From NCBI GenBank assembly GCA_963753125.1, contig CAVWAU010000001.1, positions 71,065 through 135,064 on the forward strand: a DNA stretch of 64,000 bases, in the 5' to 3' direction. The DNA comes from an uncultured Chloroflexia bacterium. GTDB lineage: Bacteria; Chloroflexota; Limnocylindria; QHBO01. Both the position numbers and the translations under genes were made by a program. The notes beneath the pieces were generated by a model, which worked only from the letters and a program-made list of their open reading frames with translations, searched no databases and was not told the DNA's origin. This document shows, piece after piece, positions 1-9,355 of this stretch. Each line of letters opens with the position of its first letter. Positions within the stretch are counted from its first letter, which is position 1.

Positions 1-1082
1 GGCATCCCCTCGTTCAGCCGCTCGCCGCTCGAAGTCCGCCACATCCCGCTCAGCGTGGCTACGCCGGTCGGCGGCAGGAAGAAGCCGAGCGCGGCACCGA
101 CGAAGAGGCCGCCGAGGTGGCCGGTCCAGCTGATGCCGGGGACGAGGAAAGTGAAGATCAGCAGGTAGACGACGAATCCACCGATGCCCGCCACCATCAT
201 CCGCGCCTCTCGACCGAGGACCGCGTGGTGCCGGCGCGAGACGACGAAGAGAAGCCCGACGAGGCCGAAGATCGCGCCGGACGCCCCGGCGGCCGACTGC
301 ACCGGGTCGACCAGGATGGTGAGGACGCTGCCGCCTGCTGCGCACAGCAGGTAGATCACCGAGTACTCGATCGGCCCGTACATGCGCTCGACGAGCGAGC
401 CGTACTGGTATAGGACGAACATGTTGAAGGCGAGGTGGATCGGCCCGAGGTGGATGAAGGCGCTGGTGAAGATCCGCCACCACTCGCCGTCGGCGACGGC
501 GAAGGCATTGATCAGATTCGCCTCACCGATGGGACCGACCCCGCCCCCGAAGAGGCCGCCGCCGAGCGTCGCCCCCTCCGTCAGCACCGCGTCGATGGCG
601 AAGAGCACGACGCAGATGGCGATGATGGTGTAGGTGACGAACGGGACGTGGGTGGCATAGGCGCCGCGCGCGCGGTTGAACTGGCGGCGCGCCGCGAAGT
701 CGTGGCCCGTCTCCTTGAGCAGCCAGGCGATGCGGTTGGCGATGGCGCCCCGCTCGGCGGGCGGCGCGCGTCGGTCCGCTTCGCGATAGGCCTCGATGGC
801 GCCATCGAGGTCGCCGTCGCGGACGAGCTGTTCGGCCACGCTGCGCCAGCCGAGCCACGCGCTGCGACCGCCACGGGCGGCCCCGGAGCGCCAGGCGTCG
901 AGAGCGCCTGCCTCGTCATCGGTCCGGTAGCGAGCGGTGCCGATGAGGAGCCAGGCCTCGCCGGAGACGTCGGCGTCGGAGTGCGCGGTCAGCGGCTGCG
1001 CGATGCGCGTCGCCCCCTCGGTCTCGCCGCCGTCGAGGAGCCTGCGAGCCTCGTCGAGGCGCTGAGTCGGATCGTCGGCCAT
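1..1082 (-). CDS. rhomboid-family intramembrane serine protease with N-terminal TPR-like soluble domain (3' end runs off the left edge)
   Basis: Absent from the ORF track because it is open at the window edge. My minus-strand translation from the ATG at 1082 reads MADDPTQRLDEARRLLDGGETEG..., followed by a polytopic region with rhomboid hallmarks WWRIFTSAFIHLGPIHLAFNM, GASGAIFGL (Ser nucleophile) and WTGHLGGLFVG (His). Confidence 0.85.
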   Translation of the reverse strand, partial: MADDPTQRLDEARRLLDGGETEGATRIAQPLTAHSDADVSGEAWLLIGTARYRTDDEAGALDAWRSGAARGGRSAWLGWRSVAEQLVRDGDLDGAIEAYREADRRAPPAERGAIANRIAWLLKETGHDFAARRQFNRARGAYATHVPFVTYTIIAICVVLFAIDAVLTEGATLGGGLFGGGVGPIGEANLINAFAVADGEWWRIFTSAFIHLGPIHLAFNMFVLYQYGSLVERMYGPIEYSVIYLLCAAGGSVLTILVDPVQSAAGASGAIFGLVGLLFVVSRRHHAVLGREARMMVAGIGGFVVYLLIFTFLVPGISWTGHLGGLFVGAALGFFLPPTGVATLSGMWRTSSGERLNEGM

Positions 1083-1199
1083 CGGGCGGATTATGCGGGA
1101 CATGGAACGACCGCCGAGAGATTGGCACCTCGGCGGTCGTTCACGGTGCCCCTGGCAGGGGCGCGCTCCGGCATGAAGCCGGGAGCATGAATTACCGGG

Positions 1200-1385
1200 C
1201 TACTTGGCCCGGTGCAGGAAATCGATCACGTCGTCGTAGCGGAACCGACGGTCGCCGCGCTTGCAGACCCGGAAGAAGGGAAGCTCGCCGCGATCGCCAA
1301 GCCGCTTGACCGTGTTCACGTGCAGGTGCAGCATCTCGGCGACCTCTGCCGCCGTGAGCAGCTTCCCGACCTCGTTCGTCATCAT
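1200..1385 (-). CDS. small excisionase-family / MerR-like helix-turn-helix DNA-binding protein (BldC-like)
   Basis: 61-aa ORF. LLTAAEVAEMLHLHVNTVKRLGDRGELPFFRV...RRFRYDDV matches the excisionase/MerR-type HTH pattern with no effector domain. Confidence 0.75.
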   Translation of the reverse strand: MMTNEVGKLLTAAEVAEMLHLHVNTVKRLGDRGELPFFRVCKRGDRRFRYDDVIDFLHRAK

Positions 1386-1516
1386 GGCTGGCTGTTCGTC
1401 CTCGTCGTGGGCACTAAAGACCGTGCCGTCCGCTCCGGGCTCTGGTGCGGTACGTGCGGCTCGTGGCCGGATAGTAAGGTTGCGGTGCTCTCCGGCCGCC
1501 CGGTACGTTCAGGTCA

Positions 1517-2452
1517 GTGCCAGGAGTACTTCCGTTCATGCCCCCCACTTCCCTCCCCGACGACGTCCGCCGGCTGCTCGACGAGCGCGCCGCGGCTCGC
1601 GAGGAGCGCGACTGGGCGCGAGCCGATGCCCTGCGCGACCGGATCGCCGCGCTCGGCTGGGAGGTGCAGGACGCCGAGGGCGGTTCCACCGCCCGGCCGA
1701 TGCTCGCGCGCACGCCGGAGGCCGATCCGATCGAGGGGCCAGCGAGCGTCGACGCGTCGGTCCAGCTCACCGCCGAGGACCACCCCGACGACCTTCTGCG
1801 CTTCCTGCGCGGCCTCGCCGCCCATCCGCCGTCGGCGACCTGGGAGCTGGTGATCGTGGCCAACGCTCCCGCCGAGCCGGTCGCCGATGCGCTGGCGGCC
1901 GTGGTACTGCCGGTCGAGCCAATCGTGCTCGACGCGGCCGGCCGTCTGGGCTGGGCCGACTCACGGACCCTCGGCCTTCGCCACTCGCGCGGCGAGGTGA
2001 CGATCCTGCTCGACACGTCACTGGAGCCGACCGGTGACTTCGTCGCTCCGCTGCTTGCGGCCTTCGCCGACCCGACGGTCGGGATCGCCGGCGGCTGGGG
2101 CGTCACCAGCGGCGACGCGCGCCAGTTCAGCGAGGCACCGCCCGGGCCGGTCGACGCGATCGAGGCCTACTGCCTCGCACTCCGGCGAGAGGCGCTGCGG
2201 ACGGTCGGCGGCTTCGATCGCCGCTTCCGCTTCTACCGCAACGCCGACCTCGACCTCTCGTTCGCGGTGCGGGACGCCGGCTGGACCGCGCTGCGGACCG
2301 ATCCGCTGCCGCTGCGCCGCCACGAGCACCGCGGCTGGACCGCGCTGCCGGACGGCGAGCGCGATCGGCTCAGCAAGCGCAACTTCTACCGCTTCCTCCA
2401 GCGCTGGGGCGCCCGCTCCGACCTCCTGCTCCATCCCGATCCGGACCGATGA
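1517..2452 (+). CDS. family-2 glycosyltransferase with N-terminal segment resembling the CysRS C-terminal helix
   Basis: 311-aa ORF. N-terminus DDVRRLLDERAAAREERDWARADALRDRIAALGWEVQD resembles the extreme C-terminus of cysteinyl-tRNA synthetases. The rest has a GT2-like layout (WELVIVANAP, ILLDTS, GGFDRRFRFYRNADLDLSF). Its stop overlaps the next start (ATGA 2449-2452). The start may instead be M8 at 1538. Confidence 0.75.
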   Translation: MPGVLPFMPPTSLPDDVRRLLDERAAAREERDWARADALRDRIAALGWEVQDAEGGSTARPMLARTPEADPIEGPASVDASVQLTAEDHPDDLLRFLRGLAAHPPSATWELVIVANAPAEPVADALAAVVLPVEPIVLDAAGRLGWADSRTLGLRHSRGEVTILLDTSLEPTGDFVAPLLAAFADPTVGIAGGWGVTSGDARQFSEAPPGPVDAIEAYCLALRREALRTVGGFDRRFRFYRNADLDLSFAVRDAGWTALRTDPLPLRRHEHRGWTALPDGERDRLSKRNFYRFLQRWGARSDLLLHPDPDR

Positions 2453-2745
2453 CCCGCCATCGCGTCGTCACCTGGCCCTGGCTGCGCCGCCTTGGCCGGC
2501 TGGCGCTGCCCGATTGGCTGGCGATCACGCTGGGGCGCACGGTGTTCGCCTGGCGCTCCTTGACCGATGACGAGCTCGAGCACGAGCTCGAGCACGTGCG
2601 CCAATGGGGTCGGATGGGGTGGCGTTACCCGCTTGCCTACCTGGCTGAGTCGCTGAAGGCGAGACGGGCCGGGAAGCGCTGGTACCGCGACAACCGTTTC
2701 GAGGTGGAGGCTCGGGCCGCGGCGGCGGCCCGGAAGCGGGGCTAG
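2449..2745 (+). CDS. small HExxH-motif protein (DUF4157-like minimal metallopeptidase fold, tentative)
   Basis: 98-aa ORF coupled to the GT2 gene by an ATGA overlap. ITLGRTVFAWRSLTDDELEHELEHVRQW fits the HExxHxxQ signature of DUF4157-type domains. Confidence 0.5.
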   Translation: MTRHRVVTWPWLRRLGRLALPDWLAITLGRTVFAWRSLTDDELEHELEHVRQWGRMGWRYPLAYLAESLKARRAGKRWYRDNRFEVEARAAAAARKRG

Positions 2746-3065
2746 GGTCGGTGCCCCTCGACGCAGGTGCAACCGGCCGGTCCGACGACGGCTGCGTGCA
2801 GCGTGTGGGGCGGCAGCTCGAAGCCCTCGCCGGCAGACAGCTCGACCGGTCGGTCATCGGCTCCCACGAAGAAGGTGATCGATCCCTCGGCGCACACGAG
2901 GAGCTTCGTGTACGGATGATCGTGGGCCGCGTAGCGGTCGCCCGGCCCGTTGCTCCACGCCTGCGGCTCGACGCCGGCTGCGCGCAGGTGCGCGGAGGCG
3001 GCGTCCGTGCCCGTACGCGCGGGCGCGCCGCCGGGCAACGGCTTCAAGGGCTCGGGCAACCTCAA
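2742..3065 (-). CDS. cupin domain protein
   Basis: 107-aa ORF. DHPYTKLLVCAEGSITFFV...VELSAGEGFELPPHTLHAAV is a typical two-motif cupin barrel. Apparent TTG start overlaps the upstream stop (TTGA). Confidence 0.7.
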   Translation of the reverse strand: MRLPEPLKPLPGGAPARTGTDAASAHLRAAGVEPQAWSNGPGDRYAAHDHPYTKLLVCAEGSITFFVGADDRPVELSAGEGFELPPHTLHAAVVGPAGCTCVEGHRP

Positions 3066-4805
3066 TCGACGAGCAGGACCGATTCGGAGAGCAGCAGGTC
3101 GCCATCGATCCGCGAGACGGCGACGAGCCTATCGAGCGGCTCGAGCCACGGGCCGATCTCGGTCGCGAACATCTCCATCCCCTCGTGCGCCCCGGAGGCG
3201 GTCTCGAGCGCCACGTGGACGCCGCGCAGGTCGACCCAGGTCACGCCGGCGTTGCTCGCTCCGCCGAGCTCGGCCACCGCGTCGCTGTAGCGCGGTGTCT
3301 CCGCCAGCGAGCCGGCAGCATCCTGGCCGAGGATGCGCTCGACGAACTGGTCGCCGACGCCGAGCACGACGCGGTCGTCGGTGACGGCCCACTCGATCAC
3401 GACCTCGCTCGGCACCATCGGCATCGCCGGATCGGTCTCGGCCGGGGCGTTGGGATCGCGTCCAGCGGACGCTGGTGACCTCGACGCCCCCGACGTCCCG
3501 CTCCTGGAGCGTGATCCCGATCGACGGGTCGAGGGTCGCGAGCCCGGCGAACGTGGACAGCTGGTCCATCGTGCGGCGCGCCTCTTCCATGTCGGTCGGC
3601 ACGACGAGCGCGCCGCCCCACGGCTGCTCGCCGTCGTAGCCGGCGACCGTGGCCGTGTCGCCCATCCACCGCACCGACTCCTCGAGGGGGCCACCAAGGG
3701 CAGCCTCGACCATGTCGAGCTGCTCGGCGCCACCGGGCGTGGCGGACAAGGATTCCTTGAGCGAGCCGATCACGCCGCTCAGCGACGCGCCGACGTTCCC
3801 GCCTTCGGCGTAGTAGAGGGCGTCGCCGGGGACCTCGTCGGCGAGGCCGCGCTCCGCATTGCTGACGGCGAACGGCCCGCTGGGCGGATCGCTCACCATC
3901 GGCACGCTGACCCGATCGCCGTCCACGGTGAGCGCCATGGCACCGCGTATCGGCTGGTTGGCCAGCAGGTCGCGCATCGCGCCGGCACCCGGAGATGCCG
4001 CCGCCGGCCCCTCGAAGGCGCTGGCCAGCAGATCGGTGAAGTCGTAGATGCCGAAGACGAGCCACTCGTCGGGTAGGGCATCGGTCAGGCTCGCGATCGA
4101 GCCAGCCTCCGACAGGGTCGTCGAGCTGTCGGCGTGCGCGTCGAGGGCGGCGACGATGTCCTCTGCCGCCGGCGCGATGAGCAGCTGGTCATCGGTGAGC
4201 GCATAGGCCGCGCCGGAGTCCTCGTCGACGTGAATCGTGATTCCGGCATGGTCCTGCTCGCCGAAGGTGACCGTGGCCTCGGACTCGGCGATGATCCGAT
4301 CGATCGACGACTGCGCCAGAGCCGGGTCGTCGACCCCCAGCAGGACGACCGCGGCGGGCACGTCCTCCATGGACGGGTCGGACATGGTCGGGTCGAGCGC
4401 CGCGGCGGGGAAGTCCAGCATCGCGAATCCGAGGTGCCCGTCGAACCACGGCTCGACGTCGGCCGACCAGCTGACCTCGGTCCCCTCCGCGGCCAGGGCC
4501 TCGTCGAGCTTCGCGGTGAGCTGACCGTAGAGCGGCTGGCTCAGGTCGACTTCCTCGATTTCCGGGAACCGCCCGAGGAACTCGCGGAGGGCGGCGTCCT
4601 GGGCCTCCGACGGCTCGAGGCGCACCTCGAAGTAGAGGGGCGCGCTGGCCGGGACGTAGCTCGCGCCGCTGCCGATGAGCGCGGCCCGCGTCTGGAGCAT
4701 GGTCGAGCCGAGCACGACCCCGATGCCGACGGCGAGCGCGGCGACGAGGCCGATGATGGCAACGCGCAACGCGGGCGCGGAGGTCGTGGTCTGGGTGGCG
4801 GTCAC
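3062..4805 (-). pseudogene. DUF3352-like membrane-anchored protein, interrupted by a single-base frameshift near 3461
   Basis: Track ORFs 3129..4883 and 3062..3733 carry one continuous protein: ...ERDVGGVEVTSVRW | RDPNAPAETDPAMPMVPSEVVIEWAVTDDRVVLGVGDQF... The frames differ by one base at about 3461. One N-terminal TM helix (LRVAIIGLVAALAVGIGVVLG). Likely start is GTG 4805, preceded by GGGGAG. Confidence 0.65.
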
Positions 4806-4930
4806 CGTGGTCTCCCCTTGGCTCGGGCCGGCGCTGTGGGCCGGAGGCGGCGCTAGCGTACGCCGGATATCGACGTGACGCACCCGACGATGGGATCAGT
4901 ACCCGCCGCGCTGGTACATTCGCCCTTCCC

Positions 4931-5767
4931 ATGCAGTCGACCGGCATCCTCACCGGCCTCCTCGGCGCGCTCTCGTTCGGTGGCGGCGACTTCGCCGGCG
5001 CATCGGCAGCGCGGCGCATCGGTGCACTGCCGGCCGTCGCCGGCGCGCACGGCATCGGTTTCCTGGCCCTGCTCGCCGCACTGGCGATCGTCCGACCGCC
5101 GCTGCCGGGGCTCGAGGCCATCGCCATCGGGACGGCCGCCGGGGTCGCGGGGATGGTCGGGCTGGCGGCCCTCTACCGCGGCATGTCGCTCGGCAGCATG
5201 GGAATCGTCACCGCTCTGGCCGGCTCCGGCTCGCTCGTCCTCCCCCTCGCGGTCGGCGCGCTTCGCGGCGAGCCGGTCGCCCCGCTCCAGCTCGTCGGGG
5301 TCGCGTGCGCGGCAGTGGCGGCCGCTGCGGCCAGCGGGGCGTCGCGTGACGAGCTCGGGCGCCGTGCCCTCGTCCTCGCCGGGCTGGCGGCCGTCGCGTT
5401 CGGCGCGTGGTATGTGCTGATCGATCTCGCTGCGGCCGCCGGCGACTGGCTCTGGGCGCTCGTCTTCAGCCGCGGGGCGTCCGCCGGGATCGCGGCCGTC
5501 GTCGTTGCCGTGCGCGGGGTCGATCGCGCCGCAATCCCGTGGGCCGTCCTGGTTGCGGCGGGTCTCCTCGATGTCGGCGGCAACGTCTTCTTCGTGGTGG
5601 CGCGCGACGCGATCCCGATCGGCCTGGCCGCGGCACTGGTCGGCCTCTATCCGGTCGTGACGATGCTCCTGGCGCGCTTCGTGATCGGTGAGCGCCTGCC
5701 CACGCTCGGGTTGGTCGGCGTGGTCCTCGCGGTCCTCGGGATCGTCCTCATCTCCGCCGGCGGTTGA
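4931..5767 (+). CDS. EamA/DMT-family transporter
   Basis: 278-aa ORF, about 10 hydrophobic helices, two-fold internal repeat typical of EamA domains. Confidence 0.85.
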   Translation: MQSTGILTGLLGALSFGGGDFAGASAARRIGALPAVAGAHGIGFLALLAALAIVRPPLPGLEAIAIGTAAGVAGMVGLAALYRGMSLGSMGIVTALAGSGSLVLPLAVGALRGEPVAPLQLVGVACAAVAAAAASGASRDELGRRALVLAGLAAVAFGAWYVLIDLAAAAGDWLWALVFSRGASAGIAAVVVAVRGVDRAAIPWAVLVAAGLLDVGGNVFFVVARDAIPIGLAAALVGLYPVVTMLLARFVIGERLPTLGLVGVVLAVLGIVLISAGG

Positions 5768-5773
5768 GCCTCC

Positions 5774-5806
5774 GATAAGCCGCTGGTAAGCGGCTGGTAA
5801 GCGGCG
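5774..5806. promoter_or_regulatory. three 11-bp-phased direct repeats GATAAGCCGCT / GGTAAGCGGCT / GGTAAGCGGCG
   Basis: Read directly. Heptamers start at 5774, 5785 and 5796. The same architecture recurs at 13873-13905. Intergenic, downstream of the EamA gene and upstream of the E1 operon. Confidence 0.6.
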
Positions 5807-6086
5807 ATGGAGTCCCATGCCGGGTGCGCCGGGACGCGGGCGCAGGGCCTGGCGACGGCGCGCGCACGAGGTTCCGATCATGCCCCCGCATCGCCTCCGC
5901 AACCCGCTCATCTGGTCGCCGATCGCGGCCATCGCATTCCAGCTGCTGCTCGCCGCGGTCACCGCCGCGGCCACGGGCGGCGGCGACTTCCCACGCCGGT
6001 TCGCCCTGACCGTCCTGTGAGCCTCGGCGCTATCATGTGCCGGCCGCCCGCGCCCACCAACGCGCCACCGAAGCCGGACCCATCGA

Positions 6087-8354
6087 ATGACCTGGGATCG
6101 CGTCGCGATCGTCGAAAACCGCCTCGATACCTACCTCGCCGGCGCGGAGCCGGCCGCGGACCGGCTCGCCCCGCACGCGGCCCTCCATGCCGGCACGAAC
6201 CTCACCGCGGCCGCCGCCTTGGGGCTCTTCGAAGACCAGCTCGCCTCGCGTCAGATCGACGTCGCCGCGCGTGAGCTCAAGAAGACCGGGCGCAGCTTCT
6301 ACACCATCAGCTCGGCCGGTCACGAGGACAACGCCGTCATCGGTGCACAGCTGCGCGTCGACGATCCTGCGTTCCTCCACTATCGGTCTGGCGGCTTCTT
6401 CCTGGCCCGTTCGAGACAGCAGCCCGGCAGCTCTCCGGTGCTCGACACCCTGCTCGGGATCGTCGCCTCCAGCGAGGATCCGATCGCGCAGGGGCGTCAC
6501 AAGGTATGGGGCAGCCGCGCGCTCTGGATCCCGCCGCAGACGAGCACGATCGCCAGCCATCTGCCGAAGGCGATGGGCCTCGCCTTCAGCCTGGCTCGCG
6601 CCAAGCGCATCGGCGTCGGCATCGACCTGCCCGAGGACGCGGTGGTCGCCTGCTCCTTCGGCGACGCGAGCGCCAACCACGCCACCGCCCTGGCGGCGAT
6701 CAACACCGCCCGCTACGCCGTGCGCATGGGTCTGCCGATGCCGCTGCTGCTCGTGTGCGAGGACAACGGCACCGGCATCAGCGTGCCGACGCCCGATGGC
6801 TGGATCGAGGCCACTTTCGGCGCCATGCCGCACCTCCGCTACGTCCCGGCCGGCGGCGAGCTCGACGAGGTCTGGACGGCGGTGGAGACGGCGATCGCCC
6901 ATGTCCGCACCGAGCGCCAGCCGGTCTTCCTCCACCTGAGCACGGTGCGGCTGTGGGGCCACGGTGGCAGCGACGCAGAGCCGACCTATCGGTCCATCCC
7001 GCAGATCGAGGAGGTCGAGGCGCGCGACCCGCTGGTGCGCAACGCACGGCGTCTCGTCGATCTCGGCGCGGCCACGCCGGACGAGCTGCGCGACCTCGTG
7101 CGCGAGACGCGCGAGCGGGTCATGGCCGTGGCCGAGGAAGCGGCACGACATCCCCGGCTTCAGACGACGGGCGAGGTCGTGGCGCCGATGGCGCCGTACC
7201 ACCCCGAGGCGGTCCGCGAGCGCGGCGCCGCACCACTTGCCACGTCCGAGGAGCGCATCGCGAGCTTCGGCGAGCCGTTGCCCGAGGCGGCCGGGACCCC
7301 GAACGCCCGCACCCTCGCCGGGGGCATCAACGCGGCCCTCGCCGACGAGCTGCTGCGCCGGCCCGAGCTGCTCGTCTTCGGCGAGGACGTCGGGCGCAAG
7401 GGCGGGGTGTACAACGTCACCAACGGCCTCCAGCGGCGCTTCGGGGCGGCGCGCGTCTTCGACACGCTCCTGGACGAGACGAGCATCCTCGGCATCGCCG
7501 AGGGCGCGGCCCACATCGGACTCCTGCCGGTGCCGGAGATCCAGTACCTCGCCTACGTCCACAACGCCATCGACCAGCTGCGCGGCGAGGCGGCAACCCT
7601 CCAGTTCTTCAGCTCCGGCCAGTTCCGCAACCCGATGGTCGTGCGTGTGCCGGGGCTCGCCTACCAGAAGGGCTTCGGCGGCCATTTCCACAACGACAAC
7701 AGCATTGGCGCCCTGCGCGACATCCCCGGCCTCGTCCTGGCGGCCCCGGCCCGCGGCGACGACGCGGCGGCCATGCTGCGCGGCGCGATCGCCATGGCCG
7801 CCGAGGACGGCAGGGTGGTCGTCTTCATCGAGCCGATCGCGCTCTACCACGAGAAGGACCTCCACACCGATGGCGACGACGGCTGGCTGACCTCCTATCC
7901 CCCGCCGCCCGAGCTGCTTCTGCCCGGCGAGGTCGGCCTCCACGGCGAGACCGATGACAACGCCGACCTGCTCCTGATCAGCTACGCCAACGGCCTGCGC
8001 CTGAGCCTCCAGGCGGCGAAGCGCCTGGCCGAGGACCACAACCTGCGTGCACGGGTCCTCGACCTGCGTTGGCTGAATCCGCTCCCGACGGAGGCGATTC
8101 GCGCGCAGGCGAGCGGGATCGGAACGGTGGTCGTCGTCGACGAGTGCCGTGCCACCGGCGGCGGGGTGGCCGACGCGATCATCGCCGACCTCGCCGAGCA
8201 CAAGGTCGCCAAGCGGCTTGGCTCGGTGCGGGCCGTCGACTCGTTCGTGCCGCTCGGTCCGGCCACGGCGGCCGTGCTCGTCGGCGTCGACCAGATCGTG
8301 GCGGCCGCGGTTGCCGCCGTTCCCAAGCGCCGGCCGGCCACCGCGCGATCGTGA
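6087..8354 (+). CDS. fused alpha/beta E1 component of a TPP-dependent 2-oxoacid dehydrogenase
   Basis: 755-aa ORF. The N-terminal half has the E1-alpha TPP-binding pattern (CSFGDASANHATALAAINTA...LLLVCEDNGTGIS). The C-terminal half is E1-beta/transketolase-like (VFGEDVGRKGGVYNVTNGLQRRFG...RVFDTLLDE). Confidence 0.85.
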   Translation: MTWDRVAIVENRLDTYLAGAEPAADRLAPHAALHAGTNLTAAAALGLFEDQLASRQIDVAARELKKTGRSFYTISSAGHEDNAVIGAQLRVDDPAFLHYRSGGFFLARSRQQPGSSPVLDTLLGIVASSEDPIAQGRHKVWGSRALWIPPQTSTIASHLPKAMGLAFSLARAKRIGVGIDLPEDAVVACSFGDASANHATALAAINTARYAVRMGLPMPLLLVCEDNGTGISVPTPDGWIEATFGAMPHLRYVPAGGELDEVWTAVETAIAHVRTERQPVFLHLSTVRLWGHGGSDAEPTYRSIPQIEEVEARDPLVRNARRLVDLGAATPDELRDLVRETRERVMAVAEEAARHPRLQTTGEVVAPMAPYHPEAVRERGAAPLATSEERIASFGEPLPEAAGTPNARTLAGGINAALADELLRRPELLVFGEDVGRKGGVYNVTNGLQRRFGAARVFDTLLDETSILGIAEGAAHIGLLPVPEIQYLAYVHNAIDQLRGEAATLQFFSSGQFRNPMVVRVPGLAYQKGFGGHFHNDNSIGALRDIPGLVLAAPARGDDAAAMLRGAIAMAAEDGRVVVFIEPIALYHEKDLHTDGDDGWLTSYPPPPELLLPGEVGLHGETDDNADLLLISYANGLRLSLQAAKRLAEDHNLRARVLDLRWLNPLPTEAIRAQASGIGTVVVVDECRATGGGVADAIIADLAEHKVAKRLGSVRAVDSFVPLGPATAAVLVGVDQIVAAAVAAVPKRRPATARS

Positions 8355-9355
8355 TGCGCGCTGCGGTGGCCTTTCCGGGCCGGGGCTCGTACGGCCCACC
8401 GTCGCTCGGCTCGCTGCCCGCGGGGCACCCGTGGGTGCGCCGCGCCGACGAGCTGCGCGCGGCCGCCGGCCTCCAGCCACTCACCGAGGTCGACGGCGCG
8501 GGACGCTTCGACCCATCGGTCCACATGCGGCCGACGAATGGCTGGCCGCTCGTCTTCCTCTGCAGCCTCCTCGACGCCGAGCGCATCGCCGACGACCACG
8601 AGGTCGTGGTCGTGGTCGCCAACTCGACCGGCTGGTACACGGCTCTCGCGGCCTCCGGAGCGCTCGGCTTCGACGACGCCTTCCGCCTCGTGCAGGAGAT
8701 GGCGGCCGCGGCCGAGGCGCCGTTGGCCGGAGACTCGGCGCCGGCCGAGCTCATCTACCCGCTCACCGACGAGGCCTGGCAGCCGGCCCGGGCGCGCATC
8801 GACGGACTGCAGGACGCGCTCGGCGAGGCCGATGGCGGCGCCGCGCTGGCGATCGACCTCGGACCGTTCGCCGTCGTCGCCGGGACGTCGGACGGCATCG
8901 ACTCGCTTGCCGACCGGCTGCCCCCCGTGCAGGTGGCGGAGCGCGACTACCCGCTGCGCCTTGCCATCGCCGACGCCTGGCACACGCCGCTTCGCGCGGA
9001 GGCGGCCGAGGAGGCGGCCACCAGGCTCGCCGACCTTCGGTGGGATCGGCCCAACGTGACGCTCGTCGACGGCCGCGGCGTCCGGTTCACGCCGTGGTCG
9101 ACCGATCCGGCCGAGCTCGCCGAGCAATCGCTCCGCGGGCAGGGAGCCGCGACGTATGACTTCGCCACCAGCCTCCGCATCGCTCTGCGCGAGTACGCGC
9201 CGGACGTCGTCCTCCTGCCCGGACCCGGTGGCTCGCTCGGCGCCGCGTGCGCCCAGATCGCGGTCGCCGAGGGCTATCGCGGAATGCGTAGCCGATCCGA
9301 GTTCGAGGCCGCCCAGGCCGGCGCGTCGCCGCTGCTCCTCTCGATGCGCCGGTGA
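8354..9355 (+). CDS. acyltransferase-domain protein (malonyl-CoA:ACP transacylase fold) with atypical ANSTG nucleophile elbow
   Basis: Internal ATG at 8354 of track ORF 8069..9355 overlaps the E1 stop (TGATG). MRAAVAFPGRGSY...VVVVANSTGWYTALAASGAL aligns to FPGQGSQ...GHSLGEYSAL of FabD-type acyltransferases. Confidence 0.7.
   Translation: MRAAVAFPGRGSYGPPSLGSLPAGHPWVRRADELRAAAGLQPLTEVDGAGRFDPSVHMRPTNGWPLVFLCSLLDAERIADDHEVVVVVANSTGWYTALAASGALGFDDAFRLVQEMAAAAEAPLAGDSAPAELIYPLTDEAWQPARARIDGLQDALGEADGGAALAIDLGPFAVVAGTSDGIDSLADRLPPVQVAERDYPLRLAIADAWHTPLRAEAAEEAATRLADLRWDRPNVTLVDGRGVRFTPWSTDPAELAEQSLRGQGAATYDFATSLRIALREYAPDVVLLPGPGGSLGAACAQIAVAEGYRGMRSRSEFEAAQAGASPLLLSMRR

Noticed and set aside
5817-6020. 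67-aa ORF (or 46 aa from ATG 5880) with one hydrophobic helix upstream of the E1 operon
   Set aside because: Weak RBS, no recognisable family, and it overlaps equally good ORFs in other frames. I cannot support it from sequence alone.
6033-8480. Very long antisense or off-frame ORFs (for example 6033..8480 -, 14011..16101 -, 20251..22194 +, 40142..42097 -, 42091..44679 -, 59981..61357 -, and the 5' 2.4 kb of 29330..34132 +)
   Set aside because: Their translations are Arg/Gly/Pro/Ala-rich low-complexity strings without motifs. They lie opposite genes with clear family signatures. These are typical shadow ORFs of high-GC DNA.
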